DNA from: an uncultured Clostridia bacterium
GTDB lineage: Bacteria > Bacillota > Clostridia > Christensenellales > UBA3700
Reading direction: 5' to 3'
Length of the DNA: 64,000 nt
NCBI GenBank assembly: GCA_948471525.1
Contig: CAOKSY010000001.1
Span: forward strand, 156,080-220,079
Shown: positions 19,620 through 29,576 of the stretch, piece after piece
Numbering within the stretch: the first letter of the stretch is position 1
How the letters are laid out: each line of letters begins with the position of its first letter
The notes under the pieces: model-generated
Databases searched by the model: none
Told to the model about the DNA's origin: nothing
What the model saw: the letters and a program-made list of their open reading frames with translations, nothing else
Position numbers and translations under genes: made by a program

Positions 19620-20190
19620 CGGCACGCACCGCACGCGCGCATTTAAGATCGCGCTCATAGCAATGATGACCGCCACTATCGAGGGCGGAAAACTAGCGCT
19701 GGCTTATGTCCCCAACGTGGAGGTCGTCACGCTTCTCTGCGCGGCTTACGGATACGTATTCGGTTGGGCGGGAATAGCGGCGGTATATCTTTTTGTCGGG
19801 ATTGAGAGCTTGATATGGGGATTCAATACCTGGGTGCTGACTTATGCGATATATTGGCCCACGCTTGCCTTCGTATTTTCGCTACTCGGCAAATACAACG
19901 TGAGAAACCGCCCCGTACTTACGTTGATCGCGTGCGTGATGACGGTGTCTTTCGGCGTGCTGTCTTCTCTGATCGACACGGGACTTCTCAGCGGCTTTTA
20001 CGAAAACTTCTGGAAAAGATTTTCCATAATATATACCCGCGGCGCGATATTCTATATCATACAGACGGTGTGCAACTTCGCATTGTTTATAGGACTGTTC
20101 CGACCGTTGGTCGACAGGATCGAAGACATATGTCCTCAAAAATTCAAGATAAGGAAACTCAAGACGAAAAATTATATCAATCAACGTTGA
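19612..20190 (+). CDS. Polytopic membrane protein, ECF-transporter S-component-like
   Basis: 192 aa with ~5-6 hydrophobic helices. Overlaps the DUF4430 gene by 8 nt (translational coupling). DUF4430 genes commonly accompany ECF substrate-capture components. Confidence 0.55.
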   Translation: MADGTHRTRAFKIALIAMMTATIEGGKLALAYVPNVEVVTLLCAAYGYVFGWAGIAAVYLFVGIESLIWGFNTWVLTYAIYWPTLAFVFSLLGKYNVRNRPVLTLIACVMTVSFGVLSSLIDTGLLSGFYENFWKRFSIIYTRGAIFYIIQTVCNFALFIGLFRPLVDRIEDICPQKFKIRKLKTKNYINQR

Positions 20191-20195
20191 GACGT

Positions 20196-20230
20196 GAAAA
20201 AATACGACGGTATTCCGCCGTATTTTTATT
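20196..20230. terminator. Bidirectional terminator between convergent genes
   Basis: aaaaaatacgacgg-tatt-ccgccgtattttta. Stem with one mismatch, A-run and T-run on either side. Confidence 0.5.
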
Positions 20231-20247
20231 TGAATTATCTTCTAAAA

Positions 20248-20913
20248 TTATTCATTAGGTAACGCGTCGTAAATTTCTTTTTCCAACGCCGCGATATCGG
20301 AGACTATTACGTCCGCTCCGCATTCTCTCAATTCTTCGCGAGTGCGGAAACCCCAATCCACCGCTATAAACGTCATGCCGCAGTTGGCGGCGAATTCGCG
20401 ATCGACTTCGCTGTCGCCTATGTATATCGCTCCGCCGGGAGATACGCCGTGCTCTCCGCACACGAGATCGAATATAGCTCTGTCGGGTTTTGCCGCCACG
20501 TCGTCTCTGCTGCCGTATATACCGTCGAACACACTTCCGAAAAAGTGTGTGACCAACTGCTTTGCCGCGCCGTCGTACTTATTGGAAATTAGAATCAACT
20601 TGCAGCCCTGCAACTTGAGTTTGTTCAACAGATCGGTTATCCCTGCGTAAGGTCTCGTCGTAAGCGTCTTGTTGCGCTCGTAAAATTCCTGAAAAATGCT
20701 TCTGCATCTCTCCAACGTATCGGGATCGTCACAATGCATAAGATCCTTGAGAAGATTGCGTATTCCGTGACCTATCGCGCGTCTGACCGTCTCTATCGAT
20801 TGCTTTGGAAAGCTCAAACTCTCAAGCGCGTGATTGGCAGCCAACGCAAGGTCGGGCAACGTGTCCAGCACCGTGCCGTCGAGATCGAACATTACCGTCT
20901 TTTGTGAATTCAT
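20248..20913 (-). CDS. HAD-superfamily phosphatase (phosphoglycolate phosphatase-like)
   Basis: 221 aa with HAD motif I MFDLDGTVLDT, motif II ILISNK, motif III/IV IYIGDSEVD. Confidence 0.85.
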   Translation of the reverse strand: MNSQKTVMFDLDGTVLDTLPDLALAANHALESLSFPKQSIETVRRAIGHGIRNLLKDLMHCDDPDTLERCRSIFQEFYERNKTLTTRPYAGITDLLNKLKLQGCKLILISNKYDGAAKQLVTHFFGSVFDGIYGSRDDVAAKPDRAIFDLVCGEHGVSPGGAIYIGDSEVDREFAANCGMTFIAVDWGFRTREELRECGADVIVSDIAALEKEIYDALPNE

Positions 20914-20917
20914 AAAA

Positions 20918-21535
20918 CTATACCTTCCGAGTATTTCTGATAAAACACAGTATTCCTTGGCGCACGCTTATCTCGCAATCGCCGCCGATAAATTCATTGC
21001 TTACTCCGATAGAATAATCGTTGGTGAGCGTCGCGTCGCAAAGCGGATATTTCCCGTTGACGATATTCACGCCTCGGCACTCGTCGAAAGCAAGCAAAGA
21101 AAAAGTCTCTCCCGCTTCTCCGCTGAATATCTTTTTATCGCAAATAAATTCTATGTCGCACTTTTCGTCCGCGAATTTTATCCGCGCGCCGTCTTTTACA
21201 AATCCGTAAGCCGTCTGGATATTGGACAGCGTGTGATCCAATCTGCCGCCCAGTCCGCCGAAAATAACGAATTCGCTATATCCTTTATCGCGCATATATT
21301 CGATAGCCAAGTGCAGATCGGTAAAGTCCTTTATCGGGTCGTGCTTTACGACGTTCACTCCGTCCGGCACGTATCCGAGCGAATCGAAATCCCCGACTAC
21401 GCAATCTACTTTTGCAAGATCCTTGATATATCCGTATCCCGAGTCGACGCCTACCAAAGCCCCGTAAGTCTCTCGCACGAATTTAGACGGACAGAAATCT
21501 CCGCCTCCGACCAATACGCATTTACCGTCTATCAT
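20918..21535 (-). CDS. thiN: Thiamine diphosphokinase
   Basis: VLVGGGDF...VGVDSG...VVGDFDSL...GGLGGRLDH pattern. Start trimmed to the ATG at 21535 (MIDGK), 4 nt after the upstream stop; the longer track ORF would overlap the ADH gene. Confidence 0.8.
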   Translation of the reverse strand: MIDGKCVLVGGGDFCPSKFVRETYGALVGVDSGYGYIKDLAKVDCVVGDFDSLGYVPDGVNVVKHDPIKDFTDLHLAIEYMRDKGYSEFVIFGGLGGRLDHTLSNIQTAYGFVKDGARIKFADEKCDIEFICDKKIFSGEAGETFSLLAFDECRGVNIVNGKYPLCDATLTNDYSIGVSNEFIGGDCEISVRQGILCFIRNTRKV

Positions 21536-21539
21536 ACTG

Positions 21540-22745
21540 TCAGCCTTTGAGTTTTGCATACATATCCGCAAGATCTTTCTTGCTCATAAACTTGGGAACG
21601 GGATAGAGCGGATGCGCCTCTGCATAGGCCCTCTCGACCATAAGAGGAATATCTTCATCCTTTATCACGCCGACGAATTTGTCGGGTATATCCATATCTC
21701 TGTTCATATCCCTTATCGCCTTGACGAAAGCCTTTGCTTTTGCCTCTTCCGTATCCGCATTAATACCGACTATATCCGCAAGACGGGCGAGTTTTTTATA
21801 AACAGCGTCGCCGTAGAATTCAAGCACTTCGGGAAGTATCACCGAATTTGCCAATCCGTGGGGCGTGTGATAAAAACCTCCGAGCGTATGCGCTATAGCG
21901 TGTACGTATCCCACGTAAGCTCGCGTAAACGCTACTCCGGCATAATACGAAGCTGTCAACATATTTTCCCTTGCCTCAAAATCCGATCCGTCGCGATATG
22001 CTTTGAGAAGATTGTCGAAGATGAGTTTGACTGCCTTCTCCGCCATTGTCTTCGTCTCTTTCGTGTTGCTCTTGCCTATGTAAGCCTCTATAGCGTGAGT
22101 AAGCGCGTCCATACCGGTAGTAGACGTGACGTGAGGAGGCAATCCCAAAGTGAGCGACGCGTCGAGCAGCGCGTATTCGGGAATAAGCGCGTGATCGTTG
22201 ACGGCGTATTTCTCATGGGTGGCGGAATTGGATATTACCGCCGCAAGCGTGGTCTCACTTCCCGTACCCGCTGTCGTAGGTATTGCCACCATCATAGGCA
22301 TACGCTTGCGCACCTTGAGAAGCCCTTTCATCTTTGCGACCGACTTTTTGGGTCTGACTACACGCGCGCCGACTATCTTTGCGCAGTCCATCGAAGAGCC
22401 GCCGCCCAGAGCCACGATACAGTCGCAGCCGTTGGCTTTATACACCTCCAGCGCCTCTTCCACCGCGTCGATAGTAGGATTGGGCATTACCTTGTCGTAC
22501 ACCGCGCAAGTCACGCCTACCTCGGCGCAACCGTCGGTAAACGGCTTCGCCATACCGAGCTTGGAGATCGTCGGTCCTACTACGAGAAGCACGCTGTTGT
22601 GTCCGCTGTCTTTTATAAACGCGGGCAGATCTTTTATGCCCCCGTCGAATTTGAGAAGTTTGGGCTGACGCCAAGGCAAAAACGGAGAAGCCGCATATAT
22701 CGCCTTTTGAAAAAATCTGTAACCTGCTTTTTGGAAAATATTCAT
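21540..22745 (-). CDS. Iron-containing alcohol dehydrogenase
   Basis: GGGSSMDCAK and TTAGTGSE motifs plus His-rich metal site HAIAHTLGG. Start at the ATG at 22745 (RBS GGGAGAGGGG). Confidence 0.9.
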   Translation of the reverse strand: MNIFQKAGYRFFQKAIYAASPFLPWRQPKLLKFDGGIKDLPAFIKDSGHNSVLLVVGPTISKLGMAKPFTDGCAEVGVTCAVYDKVMPNPTIDAVEEALEVYKANGCDCIVALGGGSSMDCAKIVGARVVRPKKSVAKMKGLLKVRKRMPMMVAIPTTAGTGSETTLAAVISNSATHEKYAVNDHALIPEYALLDASLTLGLPPHVTSTTGMDALTHAIEAYIGKSNTKETKTMAEKAVKLIFDNLLKAYRDGSDFEARENMLTASYYAGVAFTRAYVGYVHAIAHTLGGFYHTPHGLANSVILPEVLEFYGDAVYKKLARLADIVGINADTEEAKAKAFVKAIRDMNRDMDIPDKFVGVIKDEDIPLMVERAYAEAHPLYPVPKFMSKKDLADMYAKLKG

Positions 22746-22827
22746 ACCCCTCTCCCTAAATCCGCACTCTGTCGGCGACAAAAAAAATTATCATTTATAT
22801 TATAGTCTATAAACCGACTAATGTCAA

Positions 22828-23175
22828 TTAAAGTTTGCTCAATGCCCTGACATAAGAGGCGTCGACAAACTGCAAAAGCGTCTCGTCGTCAAAGTCGACT
22901 ATTGTCGCGCTGCTCTTGTATTTCGCTTGAACCGGCGGGCAGTGCCAGCCTCTCCTCAGCGACGGATATTTTTCTCTCAAAAAATCTGCGGTATCCGCGT
23001 CCGTCGAAAAAGTAAGAGTATCTTCTCCGTTCAAAATAAATATCTCTGCGAATATTCTGTTGCCGCGCTCTCTGTCGCCAACCTTTACTACGGTATAATC
23101 CTCTCCCGCAAAAGGAAAATCGAGATAAGCCCCTTCTTTGGAAAGCGCATATTCCGTCAGCTGAATTTTATCCAT
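22828..23175 (-). CDS. MmcQ/YjbR-family protein
   Basis: 115 aa from MDKIQLTEYALSKEGAYLDFPFAGEDYTVVKV... with RBS GGGAGA. The longer track ORF overlaps the upstream gene. Confidence 0.7.
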   Translation of the reverse strand: MDKIQLTEYALSKEGAYLDFPFAGEDYTVVKVGDRERGNRIFAEIFILNGEDTLTFSTDADTADFLREKYPSLRRGWHCPPVQAKYKSSATIVDFDDETLLQFVDASYVRALSKL

Positions 23176-23192
23176 ATTTATCTCCCGTATAT

Positions 23193-24071
23193 TTATAGGT
23201 CTTTTAAAAACGGCGGAGAAGAACGAAATTCCATCGATCTGCCGTCTATCGGATGCACGAAAGAAATGCGGCAACTGTGCAAAGCCTGTCTGTCAAGCCG
23301 ACTGCCGTCGGGACATATTATCGAACGGCATTTAGGATTGTAGAGCCTGTCGCAGCAAAGCGGATATCCCATATCCGCGCTATGTACTCTGATCTGATGC
23401 GTACGCCCCGTCTCCAATACGTACTTACACGAAAAATACCCGTCGTACTGCCCTATGAATTCGTAATGCGTGATCGCCCTGTCTCCCTGTTGGCTTACCT
23501 CTCTTTTCATACCCTTTCCGACGCGCGCTATCGGCTTGTCGACAATTCCCGAACGCGCGCCCGTATAAGTACCGTCGCAGAGCGCGATATATTCTCTGTA
23601 AATATGCGACGTCGCCAATATTCCGTGCGCAAGTCGGTTTTTTGCAACTATCATAAGTCCCGACGTATCTCTGTCCAATCTGTTGACGGGACGGTAGACA
23701 AAATCTCCCCATATGACCGCAAGCGCGTTGGCAAGCGATCTTCCGTAATGATTTTTTCTGGGTATGACGGCGATCCCCGCGCTCTTGTCGACGACGGCAA
23801 TATCTTCATCCTCATAAACGATATCGACAGGCACGTCCCACTTGGGAATAGGCTTGACGTCGTCTTCGAGTCTTATACGCACCTTTTCCCCCTGCGTCAG
23901 CCGATCTATCAGTCTCAGGGGGATCTCCCTTTCTTCCGACAGTCTGCATACAAGCCCCGATCTCTTTCTCAATCCCGTCCTTACCGTCGACGATACTCCC
24001 TGAGCCGCCAATACGTCGTCTACGCTTCCGTCAAACTCCGCGACGTAATCCAATATTCTTACCGTGATCAT
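23193..24071 (-). CDS. RluA-family pseudouridine synthase
   Basis: Catalytic-Asp motif NRLDRDTSGLMIVAK and GRTHQIRVH. Start ATG at 24071 overlaps the upstream stop as ATGA. The Arg-rich 52-aa N-terminal extension in the track is rejected. Confidence 0.85.
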   Translation of the reverse strand: MITVRILDYVAEFDGSVDDVLAAQGVSSTVRTGLRKRSGLVCRLSEEREIPLRLIDRLTQGEKVRIRLEDDVKPIPKWDVPVDIVYEDEDIAVVDKSAGIAVIPRKNHYGRSLANALAVIWGDFVYRPVNRLDRDTSGLMIVAKNRLAHGILATSHIYREYIALCDGTYTGARSGIVDKPIARVGKGMKREVSQQGDRAITHYEFIGQYDGYFSCKYVLETGRTHQIRVHSADMGYPLCCDRLYNPKCRSIICPDGSRLDRQALHSCRISFVHPIDGRSMEFRSSPPFLKDL

Positions 24072-24382
24072 TCGCCGTTTTCTCTCCACAGATACCTGTC
24101 CAGATCGACGACAAAATCTTCGTCGCAGAATACGCCTTCCGCGGCAAGCAACTGAGCCTGCATTTCCTGTCCGCCGAAAGCGAACGCGGGAGCAAGTCTG
24201 CCCTCTCTGTTGACAACTCTGTGACACGGGATGACGCCCGGCGCTGGATTGAAATGAAGCGCGTATCCTACCGCTCTGCTAGCGCGCGGAGAAGCAAGCA
24301 ATCTCGCTATTTGTCCGTACGTCGCAACTCTTCCCTTGGGTATCCTCTTGACAACTTCGTATACTTCGTCGTAAAAACTCAT
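24068..24382 (-). CDS. MGMT-family protein (methyltransferase DNA-binding/active-site domain only)
   Basis: 104 aa from MSFYDEVYEVVKRIPKGRVATYGQIA... with PCHRVV active-site motif. RBS GAGGAG. Confidence 0.8.
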   Translation of the reverse strand: MSFYDEVYEVVKRIPKGRVATYGQIARLLASPRASRAVGYALHFNPAPGVIPCHRVVNREGRLAPAFAFGGQEMQAQLLAAEGVFCDEDFVVDLDRYLWRENGE

Positions 24383-24478
24383 AAAACACTCCTCTTCCTG
24401 CGTATTTATTTTATCACGGCGGACTGCGTTTTGCAAGCCGCAATGCAAAAAGCGCCCCGAAGTTCGGAACGCTTGTCT

Positions 24479-25360
24479 CTAACGCGCCCTGCCTATTATC
24501 TCGGACAGCGAACCTTTTGTCGCGTCCCGATTGAATCTTTTGAGAAGATATAGGCTTTCTCTTCCGTATATTCGGTTGACTCCCTCGTTGCAGGTAAGCG
24601 TCATCGCTATTCCTTTTTCTTTGAGCACCTCTTCGCTCTCCTTGCAATACTTGCCGTAGGGATAGGCGTATATCGAGGTGACAACTCCGATTTTGCCGAG
24701 TTCGGCGATAAGCCTGTCCGTATCGTCGGAGAGAATCTTCTTATATTCATCCACGCTCTCGCCGATTTTTTTACCTACGCCCAGCCTCGGCTTCGTATTG
24801 TGCATACTGTAAGAATGCAATCCTATCTCGATATATTTATCCGCGTTTGCCGCGGCGATGTCCTGCCATCCGAAATAAGTGAAGTCTCCGCCGTGCGGAT
24901 TTTGGGTCTTGTCCAAACGGGTATAGTCTCCAACTACGGAAAACAGTCCGCTGTAACCGTATTCCGCAAGCAATGGGGCGGCGTACTTGAGATTGTTGAG
25001 ATATCCGTCGTCGAAAGTGAGAAGCACGGCGTTCTCGGGCAAATTCTTCTTCCCGTCAACCGCTTTGAAAATATCCTTACAGCTGACGACGTTATATCCG
25101 TTGATCTTCAGATACTCAAAATCCTTTCTGAGATGATTTTGATTGATGCAATAGACGCACTCTCTTTTATCGGGAGCGAGAGTATTGTGATACATAAGCA
25201 CGGTGAGTTTACCCAGACACTCCCTATCTCCAGCCGCAAGCGTTTCCTCTACGTCCGCAATAGCCGCGATCTGCGCGCAACACACGGTCGCGCACATAGC
25301 GGTCAACGCTATCAATAACGTAAAAATCAGCGAAGGTCTTTTCATATCCGTTTTCCCCAT
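24479..25360 (-). CDS. Secreted polysaccharide deacetylase (NodB homology domain), PdaA-like candidate
   Basis: Signal peptide, then LTFDDGY and HSYSMH motifs. Lies directly downstream of cwlD. The start could be 25345 (MKRPS) instead. Confidence 0.8.
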   Translation of the reverse strand: MGKTDMKRPSLIFTLLIALTAMCATVCCAQIAAIADVEETLAAGDRECLGKLTVLMYHNTLAPDKRECVYCINQNHLRKDFEYLKINGYNVVSCKDIFKAVDGKKNLPENAVLLTFDDGYLNNLKYAAPLLAEYGYSGLFSVVGDYTRLDKTQNPHGGDFTYFGWQDIAAANADKYIEIGLHSYSMHNTKPRLGVGKKIGESVDEYKKILSDDTDRLIAELGKIGVVTSIYAYPYGKYCKESEEVLKEKGIAMTLTCNEGVNRIYGRESLYLLKRFNRDATKGSLSEIIGRAR

Positions 25361-25396
25361 TCGACATTATTGTACGGATAAAATAAGAATATATAC

Positions 25397-26086
25397 TCAG
25401 TCGCCGAAGGAAGAAGACAATACTTCGCCTATTCTGCGGCAGAGATCCTTGCAGTAATCTTCGGAAAGAAGCAGGCGTTCGTCTTCTCTGTTGGAAATAA
25501 ATCCGCACTCTATGATTATCGACGGGACTTTGGCGCATTTGGTGATATACAGATCTCCGCCGATAGCCTCGTAATCGCTTCTGTTGCCATAGACCGCGTT
25601 GATATTTTCGTTGAGATAACTCTGCATAGCCTGAGCGAAATCCTTGCCTATGCCGGTGTCGTCGTAAAATACCTGTACCCCGCGTCGGGAACTGTCAGAA
25701 AATCTGTTGACGTGCAGACTGATCACTGCGTCGGGATGCGCGTCGACGATTATCTTCTTCCTCGCCTGCATATCCAATCGCTTGATATTGTTAAGCGCGG
25801 CTTCCGTCTTTCTCGTCATCACGGCGTTGAAATTCCTGCTATTGAGTTCCGACTCGAGAATCTTGCTCATCTTAAGATTTATATCGCTCTCTTTCACTCC
25901 CGTCGAACCTACCACTCCCCCGTCTATCCCGCCGTGTCCCGCGTCGATAACGACCGTATGCAACGGATTCGGCATAGCCGCGGGCAATGCTGAAAAACAG
26001 GCGGCGCAAATCGCGCATACGCTCAATATGCAAGGCACGATCAAATACAACGCTTTCTTTTTTACCGTCAAAAACTTTATCTTCAT
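25397..26086 (-). CDS. cwlD: N-acetylmuramoyl-L-alanine amidase, CwlD-like (germination-specific)
   Basis: 229 aa. N-terminal TM, then VVIDAGHGGIDGG...ESDINL...ISLHVNRF...ECGFISN amidase_3 motifs. Size and architecture match CwlD. Confidence 0.8.
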   Translation of the reverse strand: MKIKFLTVKKKALYLIVPCILSVCAICAACFSALPAAMPNPLHTVVIDAGHGGIDGGVVGSTGVKESDINLKMSKILESELNSRNFNAVMTRKTEAALNNIKRLDMQARKKIIVDAHPDAVISLHVNRFSDSSRRGVQVFYDDTGIGKDFAQAMQSYLNENINAVYGNRSDYEAIGGDLYITKCAKVPSIIIECGFISNREDERLLLSEDYCKDLCRRIGEVLSSSFGD

Positions 26087-26159
26087 AAAAATATTTTATT
26101 TTAAAGATCGGATATTAATGACCTAAAAAATAAAACAGCGCGATTGCGGAACGTCCATA

Positions 26160-26191
26160 AAAAATAGAGGACGCGTTTTAAGTCGCGTCCT
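26160..26191 (-). terminator. Terminator after the 1,092-aa ABC gene
   Basis: Minus strand AGGACGCG-acttaaaa-CGCGTCCT followed by CTATTTTTTAT. Confidence 0.7.
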
Positions 26192-26215
26192 GTTTTTGCT
26201 CGATTTATTAAAACG

Positions 26216-29200
26216 TCAGCCCGTTCGTATAGTGTCTATAGGCTTTTTCCTAGACAGAGCGTATACCGGCAAAAAGCTTGCCGCGATCGCCACAAAGACG
26301 CTTATCGCCAACATCAACGCTATCTGTCTTATGCCGAATATCAAAAGCGTGATCTGAAATCCGTAATCGTTGCGCAACATACCGTTGAGGAAGAAACAGC
26401 CCAAAGCGGTCACAACAACAGCCAAAACAAAATTGATGAGCGCTATGATCATGCTTTCGCTGAAGAATATAGAATACACGTCGCAGGACTTGGCGCCCAC
26501 CGCCCTGAGAATTCCTATCTCCCTCTTTTTATAAGAAATGGACACCGCGATATAATTGCTCATAAGCAACATCGAGAATACCGCAAGTCCCAAGCCTATG
26601 TATAGAAATACCTTGCCCATTATCTCCAACATATCGTCGATCATAGTCAAAGTGTCGATCACCCCGTTTTTCATCGTCAAACATCTGTCGCCTTCCCTGT
26701 TATAATGCAGATCGATCAGTTGACGTACTTTTTCGCGCTCTTTAGGCATTTTTGCCATCAGAAACGAATATACGACCGGCTCGGAGTTTTTTACCGTAGC
26801 GCAAATCTCGTTGTTGAACAAAATACTGTCGCCTCTCGGGACCTTTAGCTCGTTTCTTATATCGTCGTATACGGCGTTTTCGTAATAGAAACCTGCTATC
26901 TTGAAATTTCCCGTCTTTCCGTATCCCAACGTATTCTCTACTTCCGCATATATATAAGGAAACTCGAGATCGTACGTATTGCTCTCAAACATTATAGAAT
27001 AGAATAATCTTATAGCCATATCGTATTCCACTATCGCGCCGCAATCTGCGCCGTCCACTACGGTGCTTCTATATCCGTTTTCTTCATTAAAAGTACTTTC
27101 GAATCCATTGTACGGTTCCAAATATGCGGAATAGAAAAACTTAATTTCGTCTATGCTCATTTCATCCGCCGTAATCTTTCTGCCGGGAATATCGGCTTTT
27201 ATGCAATATTCGAGATTACCCAAGTCTTCCGCATATCTAATATAAAAATTGTTGAAAGCATCGTTGCCTGCGTAATTTTCTATCTTTTTCAAGAACTGTC
27301 TGAACTGCTCCGCCTGACCGTCCGTAAGATCTTCCGCGGCTTGAAGATAACATATCTGACTGCTTATTCTAGGGCTCCGGTATATTTGACGCAGTTTGTC
27401 GGCTTTTAATTTTACTGCTCCGCCGAAGTAGGTTTTTTCGAATTCGACGCTCACATTCTCAAGATCGACTACTCTTTCGCTGTCGTCGATAAGATCGTTA
27501 CTAATTGCATCTTCGAGCGAAACTACGTACTCGTCTTCCCCCAATTTATTTTCTTTCCTGCCGTCCGTCCATATTACGGACTTTTTAGAAAGTTCGGCGT
27601 CTGAGGCGACGGAATCGAAATAAAAAACGTTTCGATCTCTGTTGTTGGAAAAATCTATGTCTCCCTTTGCGGCTATTCCCACGGCAGCGGAAGAATTGAG
27701 CCGTCTGTCAATAATATTCAAGTATTCGTTCTGAGTAACGTAACCGAGCGAATTATAACCGTAAGCAAAGTACTGCGAGCACTCGTTTTCCAAAAGCATA
27801 TCTCCTATACTCCTGCCGTCCTTATACGAATCGCTTGGTTTGAGAGAATCGAATCTGCCCGTCGGATCGGCATTGGTGTCGACTATGCCAACAATTTTAT
27901 ATATCCTACCGTCCAAATATATACGGGGCGCGGGATCGCGCTCGAGAAAGGATCTAATATCATTTATATCGACGCCGCTTATCACCGTATCGTTTTCATC
28001 CCTCGTATAAAGACCTGCCAACGCTATCTGCTCGTATATGTATTCGGTCAATACTATCTCGCTGTCGTCCGAAGGCATTTTTCCCTCGAGCGTTCCGAAT
28101 CCGTAACGGTCGAAATTATCTGCGGAAGCGGGCAGAAAGCCGTATATGCTCCTAGAATAATAACTCGAACTGTTGTTGCCGTAAAGCTTATTGCTGTCGA
28201 CAAAACTAAGATGCCGCTGAGAGAGATACGCGACGCCGAAAAATTCCGTATCCGTCGCGGCGTTGATCCTCTCCAGATCTTTGACAGAAGAGCCGAATAG
28301 ATCTGTATAAATATCGTCAACTTTGACGGACGTGGCAAAAACGACGTCTTTATATTGAGTATCCATAACGGAATTAAGAGCAGTCTCCGCAGAATTGTAA
28401 GAGGCAATAGTATCCGCCAATCCGAACATGGCAAAACTGACGAGACACAGCAAGATCGTGACAAAAAGTCTGAAAGGCTTTGTTTTCACAGAACTCGCCC
28501 CTATCTTCAGCGCGTGCGAAAAGGGAAGCTTGGACCTGATAAACTTACTCGATCCGTCATACTTGCCGTTGTTTTTAGACAATTCGCCGTTGTCGGTATC
28601 TCTGAACACTTCCTGATTGCCGTCTTTGTCTATGCGCGCTATCTGACAAAAACTCTCGTTTGATCGCGCGTCGGAAGAAATGATAGTATCGCTCTCCGCT
28701 CTGTCGATATAGGACTGTATCATTTCCATATCCTCACGCGTGAGCTTGTATCCCTTTTTGATATGTACGATTTTGTCGTCTATGACGCTGACCCCCTCGC
28801 TTTCTTTGCGCGCCGCCGCGCTCTCCTTCGTAATATCCGATATGACTTTGCCGTCGGCAAGTTCTATTACTCGATCTCCGTAATATTCGGCGAAATCGCG
28901 ATCGTGCGAAACGACGATGACGAGTTTGTCTCTCGAGAGTTTTTTAAGAGTATCGAACACCTGCCTGCCGGTGTTGGAATCCAACGCTCCGGTAGGTTCG
29001 TCCGCCATGATGATCTCAGGCTCTTTTATCAGAGCGCGGGCAATCGCCACCCTCTGCTTCTGACCTCCCGAAAGTTCGTTGGGTTTTCTATTCGCATATC
29101 CCGACAGATCGACTTCGTCGAGTATCGCGTTAAGCGTTTCGTCGGTGACTTTCCTGCCCTGCAGTTTCATCGCCAGCGCGATATTCTGTCCCACCGAGAA

Positions 29201-29494
29201 TTCATTGAGAATGTTGTATTCCTGAAAGATAAAACCTATAAACGTATTGCGATACGAATCAAAATCCGCATTGGAAAAATCCTTTGACGATTTGCCTTTT
29301 ATGACGAATTCGCCGCTGTCTGCCACGTCCAATCCGCCGATGACGTTGAGAAGCGTAGATTTACCGCTGCCCGACTTGCCCAGAATAAATACCAAGCCCT
29401 TGTCCGCAAACGACAGCGACACTCCGTCAAGCGCCTTTACAGGCACGCCCTTTTTTGGAAGATAAGTCCTGTGAATGTCTTTTATTTCCAACAT
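26216..29494 (-). CDS. MacB-type ABC transporter, fused ATPase + FtsX-family permease (1,092 aa)
   Basis: GKSGSGKST, LSGGQKQRVAIARAL, IMADEPTGALD. TM1 FRLFVTILLCLVSFAMFGLA, ~590-aa ectodomain, three C-terminal TMs with REIGILRAVGA. RBS GGGGG. Confidence 0.9.
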   Translation of the reverse strand: MLEIKDIHRTYLPKKGVPVKALDGVSLSFADKGLVFILGKSGSGKSTLLNVIGGLDVADSGEFVIKGKSSKDFSNADFDSYRNTFIGFIFQEYNILNEFSVGQNIALAMKLQGRKVTDETLNAILDEVDLSGYANRKPNELSGGQKQRVAIARALIKEPEIIMADEPTGALDSNTGRQVFDTLKKLSRDKLVIVVSHDRDFAEYYGDRVIELADGKVISDITKESAAARKESEGVSVIDDKIVHIKKGYKLTREDMEMIQSYIDRAESDTIISSDARSNESFCQIARIDKDGNQEVFRDTDNGELSKNNGKYDGSSKFIRSKLPFSHALKIGASSVKTKPFRLFVTILLCLVSFAMFGLADTIASYNSAETALNSVMDTQYKDVVFATSVKVDDIYTDLFGSSVKDLERINAATDTEFFGVAYLSQRHLSFVDSNKLYGNNSSSYYSRSIYGFLPASADNFDRYGFGTLEGKMPSDDSEIVLTEYIYEQIALAGLYTRDENDTVISGVDINDIRSFLERDPAPRIYLDGRIYKIVGIVDTNADPTGRFDSLKPSDSYKDGRSIGDMLLENECSQYFAYGYNSLGYVTQNEYLNIIDRRLNSSAAVGIAAKGDIDFSNNRDRNVFYFDSVASDAELSKKSVIWTDGRKENKLGEDEYVVSLEDAISNDLIDDSERVVDLENVSVEFEKTYFGGAVKLKADKLRQIYRSPRISSQICYLQAAEDLTDGQAEQFRQFLKKIENYAGNDAFNNFYIRYAEDLGNLEYCIKADIPGRKITADEMSIDEIKFFYSAYLEPYNGFESTFNEENGYRSTVVDGADCGAIVEYDMAIRLFYSIMFESNTYDLEFPYIYAEVENTLGYGKTGNFKIAGFYYENAVYDDIRNELKVPRGDSILFNNEICATVKNSEPVVYSFLMAKMPKEREKVRQLIDLHYNREGDRCLTMKNGVIDTLTMIDDMLEIMGKVFLYIGLGLAVFSMLLMSNYIAVSISYKKREIGILRAVGAKSCDVYSIFFSESMIIALINFVLAVVVTALGCFFLNGMLRNDYGFQITLLIFGIRQIALMLAISVFVAIAASFLPVYALSRKKPIDTIRTG

Positions 29495-29576
29495 AATATT
29501 ATCCCCCTCGGCATCAAACCCTATATCAAGATTATAAACCGAAAGCTTATATATGTCAATAACATTCGTTTTAAAC

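Noticed and set aside
23193-24227. N-terminal extensions of track ORFs: rluA-family 344 aa, queC 337 aa (52929..53942), queD 161 aa, ADH 413 aa, mmcQ 148 aa, MGMT 126 aa, giant lipoprotein 1,709 aa.
   Set aside because: The extensions overlap the upstream gene, are Arg-rich or atypical, and internal ATGs have proper RBSs or ATGA stop-start overlaps. The starts were trimmed accordingly.
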